DNA from: a virus | Taxonomy: Duplodnaviria; Caudoviricetes | Strand: one strand, 5' to 3' | DNA: 64,000 nt | IMG/VR virus record: IMGVR_UViG_3300033120_000983 | Span: 113 to 64,112 of that record | Part shown: positions 8,997 to 18,600 of the stretch, one piece after another | Position numbering within the stretch: position 1 is the stretch's first letter | Layout of the letters: every line of letters starts with the position of its first letter | Position numbers and translations under genes: made by a program | The notes under the pieces: model-generated | What the model was told of the DNA's origin: nothing | The model's database searches: none | Seen by the model: the letters and a program-made list of their open reading frames with translations, nothing else

Positions 8997-9257
8997 ATGA
9001 CGCTATTCCGAAATAAGCCTGTCGTCGTCGAAGCAATCCAGTTCACGGGAGCAAACTTTTTTGAAATCGCGGCGTTCATTGGTCACGGCCCTGGAGTGCT
9101 CAATAATCCCGAGCTAAAAAATACCGACAACCCGGTGATTCAAACGCTGGAAGGCGACATGAACGTGTCACCAAAAGATTGGATCATCAAAGGGGTCAAA
9201 GGCGAGTGCTACCCCTGCAAACCCGACATTTTCGAGGCCACTTACGAACCGGCCTGA
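8997..9257 (+). CDS. Conserved phage protein (KPVVVEAIQF...TLEGDM...DWIIKGVKGE.YPCKPDIFE.TY family)
   Basis: Strong match to a very common phage family of unclear function. Confidence 0.8.
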   Translation: MTLFRNKPVVVEAIQFTGANFFEIAAFIGHGPGVLNNPELKNTDNPVIQTLEGDMNVSPKDWIIKGVKGECYPCKPDIFEATYEPA

Positions 9258-9288
9258 ATCCCCACCCAAACCCACCAACCCAACCCAC

Positions 9289-9921
9289 ATGTCCCACTAC
9301 ACATACCCCGCCCTGATCGTCCGCCCCATCGAGGACGAATCCCTCGAGTCCTTCCAAGGACGCAAAGACCAGTGCCGCAATGCCTCCGCGCAAGCCGGCT
9401 TTGGCTCCCCTCAGAAGTTCGAAGGGAACATCTTCGACGAAACGAACCTCGAATCCGAGGTGTTTGCCAAGCTCGGCCAGTGGCCGAGCGTCATCGCCTA
9501 CGAGGCCGCGGACATTGCCGACGACCGCGACCAGTTCGCCGACCGCGTGAATGCCATCCGTGAGGCTGGCTCGCATCTGATCCTTGTCCGCGAGGGAATC
9601 GACCTGCGTGGCGGGGACGACACCAAGGACGGCATGAAGCGAGCGTTCGACGTGTGGCTGGAGCTTCCTGGGGCCGGGGAGGTTGAGGAGGAAGCCGAAC
9701 CCGGAAACATCAGTGATGGCGTCCAGCCTCGCCGGCCGAAGAACATGACGGAGGAATTGGAAGCCGTCGTCCGCGCCCACTTCGCAGAGCACGGCACCAC
9801 GAAACCTACGGTCTTGAAGAAGGCGCTCGGCATCACGTCGAGCGGCACGGCACAAAACTGGCTCAACTGGGCCGAGAGGTATCCCGGCGCCTTCCCCGCT
9901 CCCGCCCCGGTGGAGGAGTAA
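9289..9921 (+). CDS. Degenerate serine-resolvase-like domain plus C-terminal HTH
   Basis: VIAYEAADIADDRDQFADRVNAIREAGSHLILVREGIDL aligns with the resolvase core but lacks the YxRVS and DRLxR catalytic motifs. Confidence 0.45.
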   Translation: MSHYTYPALIVRPIEDESLESFQGRKDQCRNASAQAGFGSPQKFEGNIFDETNLESEVFAKLGQWPSVIAYEAADIADDRDQFADRVNAIREAGSHLILVREGIDLRGGDDTKDGMKRAFDVWLELPGAGEVEEEAEPGNISDGVQPRRPKNMTEELEAVVRAHFAEHGTTKPTVLKKALGITSSGTAQNWLNWAERYPGAFPAPAPVEE

Positions 9922-9928
9922 CCAATTT

Positions 9929-10024
9929 GGACCGGACTGCACGACTTGTAATCGTGTCGGCCGGGGTCTGCGGGCGCCGCAATCCTCCTTCCCGGTAATG
10001 GGTCGCAACCTATCCGGTCCACCA
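9929..10024 (+). tRNA. Atypical tRNA-Thr(UGU)-like RNA: no D-arm, ~40-nt extra arm
   Basis: Acceptor GGACCGG/CCGGTCC + A-CCA; anticodon stem CACGA/TCGTG, loop CT-TGT-AA; T-like arm ATGGG-TCGCAA-CCTAT. Confidence 0.6.
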
Positions 10025-10113
10025 AATACGCCAACGGAACCGTTCCCCAAGGCGAAAAGCCCGGCTTCACCAGTGGGAGCCGGGCAACCTTTCCACCCAA
10101 ACCCAACACCACC

Positions 10114-10356
10114 ATGAGCCAAACACCCACCATCGGACGCATCGTCCACTTCACCATGCCGGACAACCAAGTCCGCCCCGCCATCGTCGTCCGCGTCCAT
10201 GACAAACAGGAAGGCCAGCCGCAGAAAGTGAACCTGCAGGTTCTCACGGACGGCCCCAACGACCCATCCACCAAGGACAGCCCCATGTGGAAGTCCGAAG
10301 TGATGGAAAGCCCGACGTCCGAGCAGGCTTGCTGGCACTGGCCCGCGAAAGAGTAA
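10114..10356 (+). CDS. Conserved phage hypothetical protein
   Basis: PTIGRIVHF...PAIVVRV...VNLQV..DG...WHWP motif. Confidence 0.8.
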   Translation: MSQTPTIGRIVHFTMPDNQVRPAIVVRVHDKQEGQPQKVNLQVLTDGPNDPSTKDSPMWKSEVMESPTSEQACWHWPAKE

Positions 10357-10517
10357 ACCGACTTCTCACCCATAAGGCCCAACGCAGTAGCGGAACCCAT
10401 CCAGAGCAGGCCATTTCCTGCGCGGACCGCGAAGAGAGTGGTAAGTGCGGGCCAACATACACACCAGCACCGCCCGACCCCGATAGTGGGGCCGGGCATC
10501 ACCCAACAAAACCGTCA

Positions 10518-10637
10518 ATGAACCTCTTTCTCCTCGCCACTGAAGCCAACATCCGCCTATCCGACGATGGAACGTGGGCGCTGGCTTTTGCCTTCACAAC
10601 AGCTTGGGAGGTGGCTTGGTATTTCAAATCCAAATGA
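10518..10637 (+). CDS. Small hydrophobic peptide (39 aa)
   Basis: ATG fused to the leader motif AACAAAACCGTCAATG; ATGA overlap with the next gene. Confidence 0.5.
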   Translation: MNLFLLATEANIRLSDDGTWALAFAFTTAWEVAWYFKSK

Positions 10638-11086
10638 AACGCGCCATCTACGTCGGAAAGCCAGAGGAATACCCCTACCAGTACCCGGTGCGGCACCCTC
10701 TTCACTATGGGATGACGGGTGAGGTTCACGATAACGACTGGATGAGGAACCTTGGGCTGTGCGGCTTCTACCCTGACGGCAACGATCACCCTGAGAATGC
10801 AGGAAGTTTCGTAGATCGCGAGGACGTTTACATTCCGTCGGAGGACGCCACGCGGCATTGCCCGAATCCCGAGTGGCCGGTTAAAAGCGCAATTATCGGC
10901 GCGGCATTGGTCAACCTTGCCGTGCATGGTGAAGCCAGAATGGGCGGCCGCGTGGTGAAGAAGGTGCCAATGCGCATGAACTACGGCGTCGGCGCTGTCG
11001 AACAATTCAAGAATCAAGGCAAAGCCCCGAATAAGTCCGGAATCACCCCATCAAACCCAGGGCATTGGAAGTCCATCAAGTCATGA
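10634..11086 (+). CDS. Hypothetical protein
   Basis: ATGA-coupled on both sides. Confidence 0.6.
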   Translation: MKRAIYVGKPEEYPYQYPVRHPLHYGMTGEVHDNDWMRNLGLCGFYPDGNDHPENAGSFVDREDVYIPSEDATRHCPNPEWPVKSAIIGAALVNLAVHGEARMGGRVVKKVPMRMNYGVGAVEQFKNQGKAPNKSGITPSNPGHWKSIKS

Positions 11087-11673
11087 AAATCCCAGCTTAC
11101 TTCTTCATTTTCGACGTCGAATCCCTTGGCCTGCACGGAGACGGCTTCGCGGTCGCTGGCGGCGTCTGGAAAGGCCTCGACCAATGCCTGATGGAGTTCG
11201 CCTACCACACGTCGCAGGACCGGGCGCTGATCGGCATCGCGGGAGACGCCGAATGGGTGAAGAAAAACGTCATCATTTCCCCTCAGTCCACACTGTGCGG
11301 CGGCACGGCCATCATGAATTCCCTTTTCTGGAATGAGTGGAAGCGGGCGAAGGAGCAATACCCCGGCATCGTCATGGCGGCGGAGTGCCTTTGGCCCGTA
11401 GAGGCGAGGCTTTTACAGAAGGCCGTGGATGAGGACCGCGATAATCGGAATTGGGAAGGACCTTACCCGATCCACGAAATCGCATCCTTCATGCTGGCGG
11501 CCGGCATGGATCCGATGGCGACCTACGAGCGCCGCGAGAATGAACTGCCCGCACACGAGCCGCTGGCTGACGCCCGGCTTTCGGCGCGTCTCCTCTTCGA
11601 AGCACTGGAGATACTGAAGGAAAGGGAAGGTGCGGAGTCACAGTATCGTGAAATCGAAGCACTGACCGAATAA
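11083..11673 (+). CDS. DEDDh 3'-5' exonuclease (DUF5051-like)
   Basis: FIFDVESLG (ExoI), HEPLADA (ExoIII). Confidence 0.8.
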   Translation: MKIPAYFFIFDVESLGLHGDGFAVAGGVWKGLDQCLMEFAYHTSQDRALIGIAGDAEWVKKNVIISPQSTLCGGTAIMNSLFWNEWKRAKEQYPGIVMAAECLWPVEARLLQKAVDEDRDNRNWEGPYPIHEIASFMLAAGMDPMATYERRENELPAHEPLADARLSARLLFEALEILKEREGAESQYREIEALTE

Positions 11674-11690
11674 ATCGTGTAACCTGCCCC

Positions 11691-11945
11691 ATGAAAGCGT
11701 CCTTGGATCGAGCCAAAGAGTTCATTTCCGAAAACCGGGCAGTCATCCGCCGGTGCGCTTTCCTTTTCTTCATCACTCTCGGCACCGGCAGTCTTTCCCT
11801 TGGAATCGCCGGTTACATCTGGCTGGCATACTTCACGCCATCGGGGTATCCTGATGAGGATGACGGCGAGGACGAGGAAGACGAGCCACAGCCGGACCCG
11901 CCGCGATACCACAATTCCCCACCACGAACCAAAACACCCGCATGA
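11691..11945 (+). CDS. Small membrane protein with acidic tail
   Basis: One TM helix followed by DEDDGEDEEDE. Confidence 0.6.
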   Translation: MKASLDRAKEFISENRAVIRRCAFLFFITLGTGSLSLGIAGYIWLAYFTPSGYPDEDDGEDEEDEPQPDPPRYHNSPPRTKTPA

Positions 11946-12352
11946 AACGTAAAGCCTTCCTCGCCTCCCTTGCCGGCATCGCTGCTGCTCCCTTTGCCAT
12001 ATCGATGAGTCTGCCGCCGTCTCCATTGGAAGATGAATGGGCTAACGCGCTGTGCGAGGCGGTTAAAATGCACGGAGCGAAAATGGATGGTCGCACCAAA
12101 AACCGCCGTTCTATCCTTATCGGGCACAGTGGAACAGGACCGGGGGGCGAATGGTGGTCAACGATCAGGATTTTGTGGCCCATCAAAGGGCAATGCTCCA
12201 TCGAGATTCATTGGAAGGCAGGGCTTTGCTCGGCGAGTGGGACGTTCCAAGTTTTTGACATAATTCAGGATAACACAGTGAGGCTGCTTTCAAACATGGC
12301 GTGCATCGGCTCTTTTGGAACTCACTTTTTCGATACGACCCACGACGCATAA
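11942..12352 (+). CDS. Hypothetical protein with Tat-like N-terminus
   Basis: MKRKAFLASLAGIAAAP; ATGA/TAATG coupling. Confidence 0.6.
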   Translation: MKRKAFLASLAGIAAAPFAISMSLPPSPLEDEWANALCEAVKMHGAKMDGRTKNRRSILIGHSGTGPGGEWWSTIRILWPIKGQCSIEIHWKAGLCSASGTFQVFDIIQDNTVRLLSNMACIGSFGTHFFDTTHDA

Positions 12353-14388
12353 TGTCCCCGACCAGCATAGGCAAAAAGCGCGTCTCCTTCCAGCGGCGAA
12401 AGGCCGCGGTGCCGGCGGCGACTGCACCGGTGCCCGCCCCGGCCCCGCCATCAGTGACGATCACCAAGACGCGCGCCATGGGGCCGAGCACGTCACTTGC
12501 GAAGGACGTTCAGGAAACGCAGTCCACAGCGCCTTATGGCGACGCCACCGCCGACGCGATGGGAGCCATCCCGGTGCAGAGCTTTCAAGACGTGTGGCGC
12601 AAATACCCCGGAGCTTGGTTCGAGTCGTGGGGCGTGATTTGGGACAAGGAAGGGAACATCACCGGCTACGCAAAGGACGCCGCCCTCCAGATGAACCAGA
12701 TGCAGGAGGAGTTGGACGAAATCCTTGCATGGTGCAACGCCAACAACAAACCCTGCCGCATCGTCACCCTGAAGGGACGCCAGCAAGGGAGCTCCACATG
12801 GTCGGTCGCCGCCCTATACCACTTCGCCAGGCGCTTTGGTCGAAGCAAGGTCTGCATCATCGGGGACACCTACGAGCGGTCAGTCAAGAACCTTGAGGCG
12901 ATGTTCAACCGGTATGCGGCCGCCGATGAATTCGCATGGGGCAGCACCTATGACAAACCCTCCCGGAAGTTCTCGAACGGATCGGAACTGACCACGGAAT
13001 CAGCGAACTCGAACCGGGCCGGGGCCTCAGGCACGTTGCGCGCAGTCCTCGCGACTGAGACTGCCCACTGGCTGGAAACTCCAGGCGTCAGTGCCAAGGC
13101 CGTGTTTTCCGCGCTCCTGACGTGCGTTCCCAAGGGCAAAAACTCCATGATTATCGTGGAATCCACCCCGAACGGCGTGGGCGGAATCTACTACGACACC
13201 TACCAGAAGGCCGTCAGCTTCGAAGACATGAAGGCCGGCCGCGTGCCGAGTGATTGGAACGGTTTTGTGCGGGTTTTTTATGCATGGCACGAGCATCCGG
13301 AGTATCACATTGAGCAAGTCTGGGAACGCCAGATGACGGAATCGGAAATCGAAGATGTCGAATCATCCCTGACCGAGAGGGAACTGGAACTGAGGGCGCA
13401 ATTCCCGCACATCACAACCGGTCAACTCCGGTGGCGGCGGATGGTAATCGCCTCCCCCGACTTCAACGGAGACGAGGAGAAATTCGAGCAAGAATTCGCC
13501 TCAGACCCGGAACGATGCTTTTTGTTGTCAGGACGCCGGTGTTTCCCTCTAGTTCAACTCAACGAAAAGATCAAAAGGGCGGAGGCCGAAGGGCAGATGG
13601 GGCTCCATCCGAAGGTCCTGAAATGGGCGGATCCGCATCAGCGCATTGCCAGTATGCAGCCGGCCAGCGATGACGACGCATGGATCAAAATATGGGAGGA
13701 GCCAAAGCCGGGATTGCGGTATTCGCTGTCCGTTGATCCTGCCAGCGGACAGGCGGAAGGCGGCGACCCTGATAACCATTCCATCGGCGTCTGGAGGGAA
13801 GGGTATTTTGACAATTGGGGGAAGTGGTGGGCGCCGAAAATGGTTGCGCGCGTCACGGACTTCCTCGCCGAGAAGCGGCTGAACCATGAGAAAGCGGCGT
13901 GCAAATGGTCCGTGGCGCTGGCTGAGGATCGGGTTGCCATGGCGGCCGCTTACTACGGGTGGTGCCAGATAGTCGTTGAGGAGAACAAAGACCCGGGCTT
14001 CATCGAGCTTTTGAAGCTGCGTCCTCGGGCAAATCTTTACATCCGCGAACAATTCAACCGCACGGTGGAGACGACGACCAAAATCTACGGATGGCTCACT
14101 ACGGAAAAGACCCGGAAACCGATCATCGAAAACGTGAAACGCGCGGTGCTGACATGGAAAAACGAAGGCGGCGGTATCGATATTCTGGACGTCCCGACCC
14201 TGAAGGAAATGATGACGATGATCGTGGACAAAAAGGGAAAGGAAGTCGCGATGCGCGGGCACCACGACGACCAAGTTTTACAAACCGCCATCGGTATCCA
14301 AACCCTCTCCGGCGGAACCATCATGCCGAACCCCGGTGTCAACCGGATGGCCCGGCAGCAACCGACTGACTCCACCTACCGCGCATGA
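12352..14388 (+). CDS. terL: Terminase large subunit
   Basis: LKGRQQGSST (Walker A), LATETAHW (Walker B), IIVESTPNG, SVDPASG and HHDDQV nuclease motifs. Confidence 0.93.
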   Translation: MSPTSIGKKRVSFQRRKAAVPAATAPVPAPAPPSVTITKTRAMGPSTSLAKDVQETQSTAPYGDATADAMGAIPVQSFQDVWRKYPGAWFESWGVIWDKEGNITGYAKDAALQMNQMQEELDEILAWCNANNKPCRIVTLKGRQQGSSTWSVAALYHFARRFGRSKVCIIGDTYERSVKNLEAMFNRYAAADEFAWGSTYDKPSRKFSNGSELTTESANSNRAGASGTLRAVLATETAHWLETPGVSAKAVFSALLTCVPKGKNSMIIVESTPNGVGGIYYDTYQKAVSFEDMKAGRVPSDWNGFVRVFYAWHEHPEYHIEQVWERQMTESEIEDVESSLTERELELRAQFPHITTGQLRWRRMVIASPDFNGDEEKFEQEFASDPERCFLLSGRRCFPLVQLNEKIKRAEAEGQMGLHPKVLKWADPHQRIASMQPASDDDAWIKIWEEPKPGLRYSLSVDPASGQAEGGDPDNHSIGVWREGYFDNWGKWWAPKMVARVTDFLAEKRLNHEKAACKWSVALAEDRVAMAAAYYGWCQIVVEENKDPGFIELLKLRPRANLYIREQFNRTVETTTKIYGWLTTEKTRKPIIENVKRAVLTWKNEGGGIDILDVPTLKEMMTMIVDKKGKEVAMRGHHDDQVLQTAIGIQTLSGGTIMPNPGVNRMARQQPTDSTYRA

Positions 14389-14798
14389 TCCAGGATACCA
14401 CGCCGCCCTCCTCGTCCCCTTCCCGACCGGAGGCGTGCGGCCGTCTCCGAGAGAAGCCCGGTGCCAAAGCCCGGGCCGACGTCGTGGAATGGAAAGACCC
14501 CGACACCATCGCGCAAGTCCGCGAGCTCGGTCAACGCATCCGGTGGATCCGCAATGCGCTGAACATGACCCAGCCGGAGCTGGCTGCCTTGGCGAAAACC
14601 AGCGTTCATGCCGTCCAGGCCGTGGAGGCCGGGAAGCCGAAGGACAGCTGCTACCACCTCGCGATTGCCCGCGGGCTGAACTGCCCGGTCTATAAATTGT
14701 GGTATCCGCCGGAGAAGTGGGCGGCATTCGTCTTGCGGAGGATGACACTTTTTGAAAAACTCCGGAAGGAGAACATCGCGAAACTGGAACTACCATGA
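14385..14798 (+). CDS. XRE-family HTH regulator
   Basis: LGQRIRWIRNALNMTQPELAALAKTSVHAVQAVEAG. Confidence 0.85.
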   Translation: MIQDTTPPSSSPSRPEACGRLREKPGAKARADVVEWKDPDTIAQVRELGQRIRWIRNALNMTQPELAALAKTSVHAVQAVEAGKPKDSCYHLAIARGLNCPVYKLWYPPEKWAAFVLRRMTLFEKLRKENIAKLELP

Positions 14799-14971
14799 AG
14801 AAACTTTACGAGAGATTCCAAAGCTGGCGGCGGGTCCGGATGCTGAAAAAGTTGATCCAAGTGCTCAACGAAATCGCGTGGGCACCCTACGCGGATCCAT
14901 GGGAGGTCAACGTGGCCGAACTGCACCGCCGGCAGGCGAAGCTCGAAAAGAAACTCGCGAAATTCTACTGA
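14795..14971 (+). CDS. Small hypothetical protein (58 aa)
   Basis: Manual translation MKKLYERFQSW...KKLAKFY; ATGA overlap. Confidence 0.55.
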   Translation: MKKLYERFQSWRRVRMLKKLIQVLNEIAWAPYADPWEVNVAELHRRQAKLEKKLAKFY

Positions 14972-14974
14972 GCG

Positions 14975-15298
14975 ATGTCCGTGCTCCCGATCATCCTCAC
15001 CCGGCACGCCGTTGCCCGCGCTGCGGAGCGCCTACGGCTATCGGAACGGCAATTGGCGAGGCTCATGGGCAAAATCCATTCCCGGGGCGCTACACGCGCG
15101 TTTATGGGTAAAGACTTGTGCCTTTATTTCGACCGGAAGCTGGATTACAACCCTGACGCCATGCGGGAGAGTTGCATCCACGATGGGCACCTATTCGTCA
15201 TCGAGCGCGGGATTCTCATCACCATCTACCAAGTGCCGCCCGGCATCCGTGCGCTCGCCATCGTGGCGGCGCGGGAAAACAGGAATCATCAGTCATGA
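14975..15298 (+). CDS. Hypothetical protein
   Basis: ILTRHAVARAAERL...FVIE...ITIY pattern common in phage RelE-fold-like proteins. Confidence 0.6.
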   Translation: MSVLPIILTRHAVARAAERLRLSERQLARLMGKIHSRGATRAFMGKDLCLYFDRKLDYNPDAMRESCIHDGHLFVIERGILITIYQVPPGIRALAIVAARENRNHQS

Positions 15299-15663
15299 AA
15301 CGCACCGCTCAGACCGCAAAATTCATCCATGGAATTGAAATGAAGCCGTGTCCTTCCTGCGGCGCGTTCAATATGCACTACAGGATGCCCATCCAAATGA
15401 AGGAGCCGATTTTGGCAACTGATGGAGCGAGGCAAATCCTTGGCAAGTGGGCGCGATCCATCAAAGACGGAAACACTCCATTGGAGGGGCCGTGTTTTAT
15501 GGTTTGCGAAGATTGCGGCCACAAAGGGCCGTCCATTGACTGCTCTGGCAGAACTTCCGAAGACGTGGGAAAAGACCCTTTGGTCGCATCTGAAATCAAA
15601 CGTATTTGGAACAGCCAGACTACTGTTTCACCGTCCCAATCTGATCAAGTGGCCGGGCCTTAA
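15295..15663 (+). CDS. Lar-like (restriction alleviation) zinc-ribbon protein
   Basis: MKPCPSCG...CEDCGHKGP...IKRIWN pattern. Confidence 0.6.
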   Translation: MKRTAQTAKFIHGIEMKPCPSCGAFNMHYRMPIQMKEPILATDGARQILGKWARSIKDGNTPLEGPCFMVCEDCGHKGPSIDCSGRTSEDVGKDPLVASEIKRIWNSQTTVSPSQSDQVAGP

Positions 15664-18600
15664 GCTCGTCGCGTGCCTGCTTCCGTGCATCCGAATAGGC
15701 GTCTTTGATCCGGTCCAGACTCTCCTGGTCACCCTTCAACGGCTCCCCCGCCAGCATCTTCCGCGCGAGTGTCCCGGCTCTGACATTCAGGAACCGGAGT
15801 GCCTGCGCGTTCAATTCGATGCGTTGTTCGCCGATTTCCAGCGTCTTACTGGCGCCCTGCGGTGCCCACGAGTCCGCGGGATTCGCCCGGTTCCAAGCCA
15901 GCAAGGCACGGTCCACGGGATGAACTGACTCCTCGGGCTGAATGGCGGAGGGAATGAGGAGGCGGGACACGGCATTTCCGGTTTTCTGCTTCTCCTCGCC
16001 GGAGCCCGGATTAACGCGCCCTGTGGTCCAATCGGGCATCGGCACCGCATCATACATCCACTCGCTCGAAGCGCCGTCAGGCACGCGGGAATCGCTGTTT
16101 CTGAGCGGCTGACGGATGATGTTCGGGACGATTCCCTGCAAGGCGAAGCGACGGGCCTTCTCGGCCATCGTGGGCCCGCCGCTTGTCTCGTCCATGCCGA
16201 GGAGGTCGGACATGGATTTCAGGCCGGACAGGAACGTCTTGTCGAGTGCCCCGCGCTTCACCGAATGGAAGACGGCATTCATCTTCTCTTGGGGGGTGCC
16301 GTCCGTTTTGCCGGAGCGGACGAAATCAGCTACGGTGCCGAGCACGGTCGCGATAGGCTCGATGCCGCCGTAGGGGATGACGGTGCGGCCGATCTTCACG
16401 ACATACGGTCCACCAAACGCGCGCTCCTGCAGTTCGCGTGCGCCCTTCTCCTTGGGGGCGGAACCGGTGATGAGGAAGCCTTTCTCGTAATCGTCGTCGT
16501 CGCCCTCGATGGCGGACATCAGAAGAGCGGTGCCGGTCCATGCGAAAAGCTGCTCGGCCAGGCCGCGGATAAGTGCGGGCGGCACTGTGGGGGCAACCTT
16601 CCCGCCCTGGAGTTTGACCCAGCCGGCTTTCGCCATTTGGGCACCCAGCACCACGGCACCCAGCGGGGAGCGGCGGATGCCTTCCCGATAGACGTTGTAG
16701 GGCGTCTTGGTGAAAGGGAAGAGCACGGTGGCGAGGAGCCGGATCGCGAGGTGTTTGGACTGACCTGCGGACACGATCATTTGCGGCACGGCATCGATGG
16801 GGTTTTGCGATGGGTCGAGTTTGTTCTGGAAGGTGTTGGTTTCCGCCTGACGGACGGCTGCTATCCACGCGGGGGAACCGGGCACGATCAAAAGTCGTTC
16901 CATGCGTTCATTGAAAGCTTGGGAGCCGGGGGTGAGCCCTTCTGCTTTGGTGATGCGGTAAGCGTGCGCGCCCGCCTCCATGGTGCCGAACAAACCTTTG
17001 AAGAAGCCGTCCGCTGCCATCAGCATGCGACCCGGCATCCGGACGATGCGGCCTTTGGTGCCACCGATTGCAATCTTCCGGTATTCGCCGACCGGACCGG
17101 TATCGATCAACGAAAGCTGCTCGTTGAGAACTTTGTGGGCAAAGTGGTCGGCTTCGGTGTCCCATGAAAGCGCCGCGAGTTTGATTCCCCGTTCCCATGC
17201 CGGCCCAAGGGCCTTCATGATAGCCCCGAACTCACCCATGGAGGCAGATTTATCGTTTTGGGCGACGACGTTGAGCATGGCTTCCATGCCGCGGGATGCG
17301 AATAGGTTCCATCCTCCGAAGAGCAAGTTGCTGGTGGCGTTCTTGAACTGCGTAACCGGGCCGGAGAGGAGGTTGTTGATCCAGTATTCGCGAAGCATGT
17401 CGAACGCCCCGGCCCCGGCGGCCTGCTGGATGCGCATTAGACGGTAAACGTCGTTCACGTCCGCGAGGTCGGCCCCCACGACGACGGACATTTCCACCGG
17501 CCGGCCGGGCTGTAGCAAGGGCCCGGGAAGTAGCGGCTGCTCCCCGCGGATGTCGCGAGGCATCGGCATCCGAACATAATCGTCGAGGGACATTCCCCCG
17601 GCGGCGGGCGGGACGGGCTTCCGGGTCACGACCTTCCGCTTGCCCTGTTGGGATTTGGGGAAGAAGCCGACGCGTTGCATGATGCGGTCCAACGCGAGTT
17701 CCTGCTCGACCGGGGAGAGGTCGGCGATGCCTCCGAAATCGAATTCGACCCATGGGTCAGGAGTAATGGCTTGGCTGTTGAGGACTCCGGTCTGTCCCTT
17801 GGCGGCGGCCGCGATGTTGACGCGGCGCCGAAGCTCCTCGCGGAATTTGGCGCGGGCCTTTTCGAAGGCGGATGCCGCAGCCCCTTCGGACAGTCCATGC
17901 TTGTCGGCAATGGTCTGGAAGGTGGCGGTGCCGTCGAGTGCATCGACTGCGGCCGCGACTTCCTTGTCCGCAAGCTGCCCTTTCAGGAAGGAGCCGACAA
18001 TATCCCGGCGGCGAGCCACCAGCATGCGGTCGCCGGCGAGAACGTCGTCGATGGTAAGCCCCATCTTGGCGAGGGCATCCTTGATGGCTTTGATGCGCTT
18101 GCCGTCTTTGGCGATGATGGCGGTGCGCTCCTCCGGCGTCTGTGCTGTTTCGAGTTCGGCGCGTACTTCCGGGGGTGGCATGAAGATGCCTTTCGCTACG
18201 GCTTCCCGGTGGCGTTCCTGCCGGGTTTTGAAGGGATCGACCCTGGCGCGGAGGGAACGGGCGGCTTCCGTGCCGGCGAGGCGGTTGGACCACACGAGCA
18301 ACTGCATCCGCTGCATCTGCTTTTGGTCCATGGGTTGCCGGGCTTCGAACTCGGTCATCATCTGCGCGGCCCGGGTCTGCTCGGGGGACAGGATGCCACC
18401 GCGGCGGCCGACGGAGGTGACGGCGCGGAAGGTGCCTTCGTAGTCGCGGGAGAGCATTTCGACGGCGGCCGCGTTCCACTGCTCGACCGTTTCCGCGGTC
18501 ACTTCCTCGGCATAAAGGTCGGACGTGGCCATGATGACGTCATCGCCTACCCCGCCGGCACCGGTTCCCGCCCCGAGGGCGCGTTCGGGGTCGATGATGG

